From: an uncultured Nitrososphaerales archaeon
GTDB taxonomy: Archaea > Thermoproteota > Nitrososphaeria > Nitrososphaerales > Nitrososphaeraceae
Length of the DNA: 64,000 bases
Assembly: GCA_963709405.1 (NCBI GenBank)
Contig: CAVPXM010000013.1
Span: 1-64,000, forward strand
Direction: 5' to 3'
In this document: one piece after another, positions 37,558 to 47,532 of the stretch
How positions within the stretch are numbered: the first letter of the stretch is position 1
How the letters are laid out: each line of letters starts with the position of its first letter
Position numbers and translations under genes: made by a program
The notes under the pieces: generated by a model
Databases searched by the model: none
Seen by the model: only the letters and a program-made list of their open reading frames with translations
Told to the model about the DNA's origin: nothing

Positions 37558-37986
37558 ATGACATCAACAATAGATAATGAATTAAATGCTACCTTTAAGG
37601 ATATCATAAATGACATACTTATTCACGATAATGTCATGTTCTCAGTAAGAAGCGCTGGCGCTGTATGCGAAGTGAATGCCGAAAAGAATTTGCCTTTGCG
37701 TATTCGTGAATCATATGCAACAATAGGCGACGAAACCAGACCTTGGCACATACATGTTAACCTTAGCGATACAAAAGAAGCAAAGTTTGTAACAGAGAAT
37801 AAAACTGGTGGCAAAAATAGCTATAGCATAAGGTTCTTTGATTCAGAAGGGAATTTAGTATTACGAGCTAATTTTGTCAGGATGTATGATAGTTCAAATG
37901 CGCTTATTCAAGAAAGACTCTTAGCATATGAAGAGATATTTGCAAAGTATGGTAAGAAACAAAGCCTACTATTAAAAGCAAGATAA
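37558..37986 (+). CDS. ChuX/HutX-like (heme carrier fold) protein
   Basis: GAVCEV...WHIHVNL...SYSIRFFDSEG pattern. Confidence 0.6.
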   Translation: MTSTIDNELNATFKDIINDILIHDNVMFSVRSAGAVCEVNAEKNLPLRIRESYATIGDETRPWHIHVNLSDTKEAKFVTENKTGGKNSYSIRFFDSEGNLVLRANFVRMYDSSNALIQERLLAYEEIFAKYGKKQSLLLKAR

Positions 37987-38006
37987 TCAAATTCAAATAA
38001 ATAAAT

Positions 38007-39178
38007 GAGGCTTGGACATAATTGAATTCTATATTTTTCATATATTATTTGGTAACATATTAACTACATAACATGTGTTTGATTGATTTTGGTCGTTGAC
38101 TACGTCTGGTTTTATAATTGTAGTAGACAAGGATCTGATATAGTAGTACTGACAGAAGTGCTATTCCAGCAGACCTTCTGGTAGCCTCTTACTGGTAATG
38201 GGTCTATTCTAAAAACAGATTTAATATGTTCTATTAGTGGTTCTATCGATTTACTTCTCCAAGAGTAAATAGCCTGTCCTAACTCAGATTCATAGAATTG
38301 TATCAGCTCAAGTCTGTCAGTAGGGGTATGTTCATATCTTTGTACTGGACATACCAGTTCAAATCCTCTTTTAGTACTCAAGTCATATAGTTTATGGTCG
38401 TCATACCCAGAATCGCCTATCATGAAACATGTTTCTGGAGACAGAGATGATGATGATATCATCGGATTGTACATTTGATTATCTTGTACATTAGCAGTTG
38501 TAAAATCTGCTCCTAATGGGACTATGACTGAACCAGTACTTGATATCATATGTAGTTTGTAACCAAATATCCATCCTTTAGCATGGCTGAATCCCCATCT
38601 TGCGTCAGTATCTATGCCAGAACATGGTACTATACCTTTGTTCATAGATGATTTGTGCCAAACATGTCCTTTGGCTTTCAGTAAAGTACTATCTATTGCA
38701 ACAATGTATGGATCTATCATCTTTTCGCATACAAACATGCAGGTCATGATAGTAATCCTTTTTTTGATGTCTATGGATATGGTCTTAAGTCGTCTGTCAA
38801 ATGTTCGCCTGTCTGGTATTTGGGTAAGACCACATCTTTTCATTATCTTCTTATTGTAAGGATAATCCAATTCTAGGAATTCATGTAATGCATTGTTAGA
38901 ATCCAGTCTAAACCATAGCCTAACTATGAAACATCTCAGAATTACAGTAGGAGAATACACATATGGTCTGCCCCTTCTTCCCTTTTGCGATTCTGACCAC
39001 GGTATCGAACCTATCAAGTACAGAATACTAAAAAGAATAGATTCACATTTACTACCATCATATGCTATCCTTTGGGAATGTTTGATTATGTTTCATCACA
39101 AATTCAGACACTCAAAGGATAGCTTTATTCTAATTCATTATAGACATAAAATATGGATCTGGAATATGCCCAAGCCTC
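38007..39178 (-). mobile_element. IS element with DDE_Tnp_1 transposase (IS982/IS4-like), 3' frameshift
   Basis: IR GAGGCTTGG(A/G)CATA; 8-bp duplication AAATAAAT; IDST, FGYKLH, GDSGYD, R..IEPL motifs. Confidence 0.9.
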
Positions 39179-39255
39179 AAATAAATACGTTCTTCAATTT
39201 TTAATAATGGTGTATTTTATATAAATCTACGAAGCAAAGAAATAGATCACTACTA

Positions 39256-40419
39256 AGTGGAGTGTCTAAGTTTATGTCGTTATTCATTCATTACATAACG
39301 TAGATTTCGAAATAATTATAGCTTGGGACAAATCATATTTTCATTCTGTGAATCATCGTTCCAAACTCATACTTACCATACTACAGAAGAACAAGTTAAA
39401 GTCATTTATGAAGAATACGAATAACAAAAAGGAATACCGCAGGTTACTGGCTATACTCCAAAAAGTTGAAGGTAGATCTTATGAAGATATAGCAAATGAA
39501 CACGGAGTCAGCAGCAGGTCTGTACAAAGGTGGATTGCTGCATACATTAAGAAAGGGATTGATGATGGAGTAAGGATGAAGAAACCTGGTGGATCGAAGT
39601 CCAGCATAACAGACGAAAACAAAGAGATTATTCTATCAGCATTGTTTAACGATCCACATATCTTTGGTTATCTAAGGAATACATGGAGTCTAAGGTCGCT
39701 GGCAAGGTGTCTTACAGATGAGCTTGATATTCCAATCAGTTTCAAACATCTACAAAGAATAACTAAGGATATGGGAATTAGATACAAAAGACCAAAATTG
39801 GAACTATTACATGGAGAGGATTATGAACAAGGGAAAAAGAGAGTGGATAACTACAAGCAAGTAGCATCAGCTCTGAAAAAAAGAGAGTTATAATGGCATT
39901 TGAAGATGAAACTACCATAACACAGAAACCTTGTATTCACAAGTCCATGAGTTTTGAAGGCGAGCAACTGAAAATAGAACATAATGGAAGTAGAAGGAAG
40001 TTCTCCGCATATATATCCATGCTATGGCCTGAAGAGAAATTAATGACGTATGATTTCTATGATAGAATGAATTCTACGAGTACTATTGACCATCTGGAGA
40101 ATCTCAAGAGAAACATTATGAAAAGTGATTGGTGGAAAAGACTCATACTCATATGGGATAACGCTTCATACCATGTAAGCCTAATGGTACGGAATTATAT
40201 CAATGCACAGAAAGAAGAAGACTGGCTGACCATTATTCACCTACCAAAGAAAGCACCATACCTAAATCCAAATGAAAGGAGAGTAAACCAGCAGATAAAA
40301 TCAGATGTGTGTGCAAACAGATTTTATACGCAGATAGAAGAACAGAAAGCTCCAGTATCAGGTTATCTAGAGAGTAGATTTGGAACTTGGAATGACGACA
40401 GACACTACGACACTTGACT
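39256..40419 (+). mobile_element. IS630-family element, two ORFs (39348-39893, 39893-40417)
   Basis: TA flanks; IR AGTGGAGTGTC / GACACTTGACT; CTGAAAAAAAG slippery site; FEDET, WDNASYH, APYLNPNE. Confidence 0.93.
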
Positions 40420-40717
40420 TAGAATCCTTACCGCCTACAACAAACCTGTGACTGACATTAGCAGGAATAAAGATAAAATCCGCACTATTAACTGGATTCA
40501 GCTTCCCTTCGATTTCTATATATCCATCGCCTTTAACTACAAAATAGACCTCGTCAACTGAATGTGGAATTTGAGTATCTTTCTCTCCCTCTCTAAGTCT
40601 AAGGATTCCCATATCCATACCCTTGTTGTCAAAGACACTCAAGAAATAACTACCAGTATCATCTAAATCAGCAATTACTTTGTCAAGACTGGTAAAATTA
40701 TCTTCTTCCTTTTCCAT
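40420..40717 (-). pseudogene. Cupin protein, last codons separated by IS630
   Basis: DTQIPHSVDEVYFV, FIPANVSHRF; tail LVVIYFFAS* lies beyond the IS at ~39227-39255. Confidence 0.85.
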
Positions 40718-41364
40718 TTATTTTATTACGCAGTATGCTAACACCCTCGAATATAATTCTATTTTATTTCGGATCATTCTTAAGCACAACGTGAAGGTAT
40801 TGATTGTGCATTCTGTACAATAACTTCAAAGTATTAATTCCTAACATATTACACTTAGAAGAGAGATACGTGTACGTTAAGGCTCCTTAAGAAACCTCAT
40901 GCAGATATGCTCTACATGCAGGATCCTTTTCTTCTCTACTGTACGTGTTTTTCAAAACGTTTCCAACTCATAAAGGATAAAGTCTAGATGCTGGAAGGTG
41001 GTCAATATACTATGAATTATTGGTACGGGGTTTCTATTTTGTAGTCTTCATTGTTCTTGCTAACAAAAGAGCTATTTGGAGAGAAAAATATAATTTTGTT
41101 TACACGAAATTACTTGATATCTAGGGTGGCCCATTTAATCAGTAAAATAATGACAATTTCGTGTCTATCTTATTTTAAAAAATAATGACATTTAATGTAT
41201 TATTTAATTTTTGAGAGCAGCGTTAATATGTACACATTTCAAATCAGATCTGTAATTACTCAATCCCCCCACCACCACTCTGCAGAAATCGAGAAAAACA
41301 TTTGATAAAATTCGGAGACATGATCGCACTAAGCAGTTCAATTCACTGTAAGTAGAGATATCGA

Positions 41365-41495
41365 GGTACGTGGTATCCACAAGCTTACAGATTCTTGAGA
41401 TTAAATCATCACATCGATCCTCCATTTAAGAAAAGTCTTATTGAAAGAACAATACAGTATATCAAGGATAGAACCGAGAGTTTTGACGACTAACT
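41365..41495 (+). mobile_element. IS6-family transposase remnant
   Basis: Manual translation GTWYPQAYRFLRLNHH...KSLIERTIQYIKDRTESFDD. Confidence 0.7.
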
Positions 41496-41622
41496 TTATT
41501 CTAAATTCTGTAAATGCCGAATAATATGCTAATACTAATTTGTTGTATTTAACGGCCCATTTCTATAGTATTTAGAAAAGTGAACTTTATGTCTTATCAA
41601 TACATAGGGCTATCAGGTAGAA

Positions 41623-41832
41623 ATGGAATCTCTAATAAAACTAAAAAGATTACTTGACAACGATTATAAAATTGAGAAAATTCAACCTCCAGTATTCGCA
41701 TCAGATGCTGAAGTTAATATCGTAACTGTGACATTACTCTGCCCTGACGGTAAGATAGAAACCATTCGTGCGTATAGAGAAGAATCGAGAGCGCTTAGGG
41801 AATATATCAGAAATTTACACCAGAATCTCTAG
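41623..41832 (+). CDS. Small hypothetical protein
   Basis: 69-aa ORF with AGGT SD-like sequence upstream. Confidence 0.6.
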   Translation: MESLIKLKRLLDNDYKIEKIQPPVFASDAEVNIVTVTLLCPDGKIETIRAYREESRALREYIRNLHQNL

Positions 41833-42169
41833 GCCATTTTTTAAGATTGATGGTTTTACTCTGCGGTAAACTCTTTTGGTATGGATGGTAGGGATCGTAA
41901 GGATGGTGTAACCCGGAGTTTCTGGATAATAATAAAAATCGAATCATCATGATAGAGTCCATAACGTAAGGCATCTAATCATCAAAAAAAGAGAATAAGA
42001 ACATCATTTACTCTGTTCCGATAATTCCTAGCATATCAAACCCATCGGCGTATCACAACCTATAGGGCTCTGGTTGACGATGCGTATGGATACGTAAACG
42101 CTGGGACTTGGGGAGCCACGGTACCAGTAGGCGAGTATGTGTTCTCTGTCTACGCATGAGGCACAGCAG

Positions 42170-42921
42170 AGTTCGTAGTAGATTTAGGAAATGGAGTCAA
42201 GCCTAATTCTCAGCTCACTTATCCTGCTGTAGGTAAAGGTCCATTTCCGGGGGTCTTACTCATTCACGGATCTGGTGCTCTTGATAAGAATGGAACTTCG
42301 GGATTTGTTCACAAGAACGGTCCTAAACCACCTACACCGTACTGGCAAATAGCTCAATTTCTATCAGAAAGAGGTTTTGCAGTACTCAGATATGATAAGA
42401 GAGGTATAGGTGCAAATTATACAATTGATCAGAACGTATGGGGAAATGCTACAGCCAATGATCTAATAGAGGATGCAAAGAACGCCTTGAATGTTCTTAC
42501 AATGCAGCCTGAAGTCGATGCCAAGAGGATAAGTTTAATTGGTCATAGTGAAGGCACAATTATTGCGCCAAGAGTAGCAATAGATAATTCGACGAAGGTA
42601 AAGAACATTATACTTATGGGCACGGTAGCCCAGAACCTTATTCGAGATATACTGCGCCACCAAGTGGTAGATCTACCTTCAGAATATGCGACGCAAGTTC
42701 TGGATAAAAATCATACTGGGCTGATATCGACACAGCAAATAGCAAAGGATCCTTTATTAGGATTTTATTTGGTGCCGTCTTCTCTTTTGGATACTAATAA
42801 TACCAAATTCATAACCAAGAGTCTAGCAGAGAAATTTGGCAGTAGTGGCCATAGAGCATGTATCTCAGTCGGAAGACATGGACAATGGGTAAGAATCCGG
42901 CGATTAGCAGCATTGGAATAG
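42170..42921 (+). pseudogene. Alpha/beta hydrolase (GHSEG), N-terminal/central fragment
   Basis: GPFPGVLLIHGSG, RYDKRG, GHSEG; no start codon, C-terminus missing. Confidence 0.85.
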
Positions 42922-43229
42922 AAATAGAGAAAAGGAAAGGAAGATGAAATATGAATTTATCGTCTACGTCATCGATGTCATGTTGTCATGTGGAGGATTG
43001 AACCAGTTTGATAAGTTTGTCATCATTGCTATGGTCCAAAGTGTTCAAAGTGCATTATCTCCACAAAGCTGGTTTTCTATCGGAGATGACATACTTGCAA
43101 GATCCGTTCCATCACCCTCTACAATAGGAGCAAAAACATTTGGGGATGTGAAAGTAGCATTTTGCATTATTCGTTGCTATAGCATGGTATCTATAAAAGA
43201 TTGCTTTAGCTGTAGAACCCTTTTCCAGG

Positions 43230-43625
43230 AATTGTAACTTGACTAATATAGGATTGAAACTCTAGCACATATGGAGCCAAGCAACGTTCTGTTTCTAACC
43301 AATGAGATTCTATGTCTGATAATACTTCTTTTTTCCCTATGATTGGTATACCAAATCAGATCTCAGCAGGTCTGCTAGTATTCGTGCATCTAATTTATCA
43401 GATTTTATTTTAGCTTCTGCAATTATTCTGGTCTTGTAAGGATTTGCCAGCACTGTGTTGATTCCATTATCTTCCAATGTGTCATGTATCCTGATCCACA
43501 TATTTGCCGTTGATTCTACTACAGCTTCACATTTTCCATAGCCTAATGCAATCTTGGTTAGTTTGTTTATGCCATCCTTATCGTTGCTAAAAAAGAACTC
43601 ATTTAAGGTCTGTCCACTTCTTTCT
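43230..43625 (-). mobile_element. IS110-family transposase remnant (DEDD domain)
   Basis: Manual translation AVVESTANMWIRIHDTLEDNGINTVLANPYKTRIIAEAKIKSDKLDARILADLLR. Confidence 0.85.
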
Positions 43626-43872
43626 GTTAGGTGGATCCGATCATTAGGTAGATTTTCAAAATATTGGCTATATTTCCTGTATCTGTGAATAAAAATTGTC
43701 TATGTATTCCCTGCCGTAAAAGCCGGGCAACTATCTTGCCATACTTCAGTTATTGCCCAATTATCTGGTCCAACGTTTCTGTCCACGCTTTAATAGCACA
43801 CTTAAGCATTGGAGCTATGAAAGGAGAGGGACCGTGCTGTTATCATACAAATAAATGATGATCTACTATTGA

Positions 43873-44130
43873 TTATAAAATCTCTAGGCATATTCCTGCA
43901 GCATAATTGAAAGCGTGGCGACATTTGCACCTGCGAGTATTGTGGTCATGTACCGAAAATTTATGATGGCATGTACGATATTCGCAGATTGGTTCTACTT
44001 GTTGACCGTATACATCAATAACCTTTGATTGGTGTTGCCCCGCTGATGATTGTTCTATTACTATTGTGACAGGAGAGTTTTTCTCTAAAAATGCAGAGTT
44101 TGTCTTTGCTAATGTCTCCGATTCAACCAT
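43873..44130 (-). CDS. Small Cys/His-rich hypothetical protein
   Basis: CEYRTCHHKFSVH...CKCRH. Confidence 0.55.
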   Translation of the reverse strand: MVESETLAKTNSAFLEKNSPVTIVIEQSSAGQHQSKVIDVYGQQVEPICEYRTCHHKFSVHDHNTRRCKCRHAFNYAAGICLEIL

Positions 44131-44340
44131 CTCTAGTTCCTCCTTCTTCCAGTGGCAGCTGTAACAATATTCGCACTTGACACATGTAAATTGGGTTCTA
44201 ACCTTACAAGAAACGCATTCTTTCTAAATCGGTAAGAGAGTATCTCTTAGGTAATCATGCTGAAAGTGCTTAATTATTTCCTGCATCACCGCCATAGTAG
44301 CTATGCTAATTTATCAGGAGCTCTTTCGGGGGCAACATTG

Positions 44341-46146
44341 CTATTCTAACTTTCCTTCTGTTAATGGTCCTATTGGAATCTGCTCTCTTCTTAGTTTGAG
44401 TTTATTGAATATATCTGCAGATGATTGCTGTGGTGCTGTCTCCTCCTCTTTTATTTCTATACCAATCTCACTCTTTATTACGTCTCTTCCTTCTCTTGCA
44501 CCGATGAGTATTATCTGTGCATTTTGATAGTCTATGAATTTTGTATCTTTGGAAAGAGACACAAACCTTACAGCTTCATCAAATTCATTTAAGAGCCTAT
44601 CCCAAAATTCGATACGATTATAGCTCGATGTTGCTTTTGCTAAAGTATGGCCTGTATCCAGAAGAAGAATGAGAAAGAGGATGATAAAAAGGATAATCGC
44701 ACCATCATAACCATTCCAGATGAATTGTGGGATGAGATTAAAGTAATTTTACCCAGAGAGAAACCACTCAAAACAGTGGGTCGGCCAATTGTACCATACA
44801 GAAGGGTACTTGATGGAGTTTTATACATCCTTAGAACTGGGTGCCAATGGAAGATGCTACCCAAAGAGTATGGATCGGGTTCCACATGCCATAGAAGGTT
44901 TCAGGAATGGAATAAACTGGATGTTTTCAAAAAGACATGGGTTCGATTACTGAAAATATATGATCGAATCATTGGTATCAACTGGACATGGCAATCAATC
45001 GATAGTATGGCAATCAATCGATAGTATATCCATAAAATCGCCTTTAGGGGGGCGATGACCGGAAATAATCCCACGGACAGGAGCAAACTGGGCACAAAAA
45101 GACACATTTTAACAGACAAAGAAGGTATACCGCTTTCGGCGGTCATTTCATCTGCTAGTACCCATGACATTAAACTGGTAATAGATATGGTTGATAATTC
45201 AGTTATTAAAAAGCCGTCATCATCATCCAAACCGAAATCAAGAAGAAAGGGAAGAAGGAGAAGGTTACAACATCTATGTCTTGACAAAGCATATAATTCC
45301 ACACAAGAAGAACAGGAACTAATCAGGCGGGGATATGTTACTGCACATTAGTCCCAAAAGAAAGAAGGGTGAAAAAGAGGAGGAGGTCAAGACGGAAACG
45401 CAACCTTCCTTAAACCGGAAAAAACATTCTGCAAAAAGATGGGTTGTGGAAAGGACAAACTCATGGCACAACAGGTTCAGAAAACTGTTCACACGGTATG
45501 AAAAGAAGGCAGAGAACTACCTTGGACTGGTACAGTTCTCCTGTTTTATGATCATCTGTAGAAAGATAATTTTGGGATAGGTTCTAAGACTTCTTGTGGA
45601 TATTTTGGAGGTTCTTCTGTACTAGGAAGATTTGTTGGTCTTGCTATTTTGGGATTCATTACCGAAATAACATAACTTGCTTCTTTTTCTATACCTAATT
45701 CTTTTTGAGCTTCTCCTGGCTCTTTTGGCATTTCAAGGACGTAGGCTAATTCTGTATGATTTTGATGCTTTACAATAGCATACTTTCCTTCTCCAACTGG
45801 TCTTGCAGCATCACCTCTTCTAAATTCATCCGATGAAAGCGCCTTTGTAAGCTCATTGGTATCTTTAAAAATACCACAAACTCTGGCCCAATACCGTTCA
45901 GATGCTCTAGCTTCAGTCTTTCTGTCTTCGGGAAGTGATTTTTTGCCTATAATAAAAAGCCTGTATAGCTGGCTCTATTCTGCTCGGGTGCAGTTACCAT
46001 AAAGAAGCGTCGAACATCCTCAATACCCTTTACCTCTTCAGCAGCTTCTTTGGCCTATAGAAAAAGTATATGTCGCCTTGCTCTAGAATTTCAGCTTCAT
46101 TATTATTGTCGTTAACCTGCTTTCCTTGTTCTTCTTGTTGATTCAC
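44341..46146 (-). pseudogene. Conserved hypothetical protein interrupted by IS5 copy 2
   Basis: DIYFF..., RLFIIGKKSLP, ARPVGEGKYAI, AYVLEMPKEPGEAQKELGI before the IS; ...PKYPQEVL|NEFDEAVRFVSL... rejoins across it. Confidence 0.8.
44593..45584 (+). mobile_element. IS5-family element, copy 2, inactivated
   Basis: Near-identical to 6213-7184, TAA duplication; 19-bp tandem duplication ATGGCAATCAATCGATAGT and a 1-nt insertion (992 vs 972 bp). Confidence 0.95.
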
Positions 46147-46382
46147 CTCAATCTAGCTCTCCTAATTTATTAAAAGCGACAAATTACATTCTTCACAAAA
46201 GTAGTATAGCCTATCAAAATCATATGACAGCGTCATTATATCGTAGCGCGAGGACATTCTATCTCTGTCTCTATTTCTGGTGATTCCCCCCTCACGTTGC
46301 AAAGTCTGTTGCTGTAAAGCAAGCTCCTTGCTCATACTAAAACTCCTGTTATCATCATCCTTATTATAGTCTGAAACACGGA

Positions 46383-46456
46383 GCGGGAAGGGAGAGAGTG
46401 GTATAGTACTGAGTGCGTTCGGTACTATACCAACATGCTATCCTCTCTCTCCCCGC
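46383..46456 (+). other. GC-rich nested inverted repeat / long hairpin upstream of the radA cassette
   Basis: Inner stem TGGTATAGTACTGA-N6-TCGGTACTATACCA; outer stem GCGGGAAGGGAGAG / CTCTCTCTCCCCGC. Confidence 0.8.
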
Positions 46457-46475
46457 CCCATAGTATCTAGCCTCG

Positions 46476-46483
46476 TTATATAT
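46476..46483 (+). promoter_or_regulatory. Putative TATA box of the radA cassette
   Basis: TTATATAT about 40 bp upstream of the ATG at 46521. Confidence 0.5.
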
Positions 46484-46520
46484 CAGTCAAAGTAGATCAT
46501 GCATCAAGTCAATAAAAATT

Positions 46521-47528
46521 ATGTCTCATGTCAGCGATCTACAGCTAGATGATATACCGGGAGTACAGCCACATCTAATAAGTAAGCTGAGACAAGCTGG
46601 TATCCAGTCAGTCCTTGATCTAGCTGTATCTGTCCCCCAGGAGCTTGCTGCAGGCGGAGAAGGTACCATAATTTCCGCCGATACAGAAGTCATATCAGAA
46701 TTGGTATTGAAAGCCAAAAAGGCTCTAATTGACTCGGGGGCACTTATCAAAGAATTCTCTACTGCTGACCAAGTGTTAGAGAGAAGAAAATCTCTTGTCA
46801 GATTTACCACAGGTTCTAAAAACCTTGATGACTTTTTGAAAGGAGGAGTAGAATCCCAAGCTATAACAGAACTCGCTGGAGAATTTGGTTCAGGAAAGAG
46901 CCAAATATGTCATGCGTTATGCGTTACTGCTGCTAAAGGAACTAGGGGTCAAATTAACAGTATAATATTTGTAGATACTGAGAATACTTTTCGACCAGAA
47001 AGGATTCACCAAATAGCTGAGGCCAGGGGGCTTGATTCAGACGAAATAATGAAAAAAGTGTTTGTGTGTAAAATAGTTAATAGTGCTCAGCTAGAAGCCC
47101 TGATAAGAAACCTTGGCAAGTCAATTGAAGAGTATGAAGCTAGACTTGTTATTGTTGACAGTATTATCTCACTTCACAGAGCAGAGTATTCTGGCAGAGA
47201 AACACTAGCTGAAAGACAGCAGAGACTTAATGTCATGTTGCATAAACTCATTCGCTTAGCAGAGATATACAATATAGCCGTAGTGCTGACAAATCAAGTT
47301 CAATCCTCGCCGGATAATACCTATTCATTGAGAGCTACTGGCGGCAATATTATGGGCCATGCATGTACCTACAGAATTTTCCTAAGAAAGATCGGGCGAG
47401 ATAGAATGGCAATAATGGTTGATTCCCCACACCATGCATACGACCAAGTTAAATTTACAATAACTGAGAAAGGGGTAGAAAATAGTGAAGCAAAAATAGC
47501 AATAGAAGGTAGCGAATCAGGGTGGTAG
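46521..47528 (+). CDS. radA: RadA recombinase paralog, full length with HhH N-domain
   Basis: DIPGV HhH, FTTGS polymerization motif, Walker A GEFGSGKS, Walker B LVIVDS, LAERQQ, TNQV, GGNIMGHA. Confidence 0.95.
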   Translation: MSHVSDLQLDDIPGVQPHLISKLRQAGIQSVLDLAVSVPQELAAGGEGTIISADTEVISELVLKAKKALIDSGALIKEFSTADQVLERRKSLVRFTTGSKNLDDFLKGGVESQAITELAGEFGSGKSQICHALCVTAAKGTRGQINSIIFVDTENTFRPERIHQIAEARGLDSDEIMKKVFVCKIVNSAQLEALIRNLGKSIEEYEARLVIVDSIISLHRAEYSGRETLAERQQRLNVMLHKLIRLAEIYNIAVVLTNQVQSSPDNTYSLRATGGNIMGHACTYRIFLRKIGRDRMAIMVDSPHHAYDQVKFTITEKGVENSEAKIAIEGSESGW

Positions 47529-47532
47529 TGGT

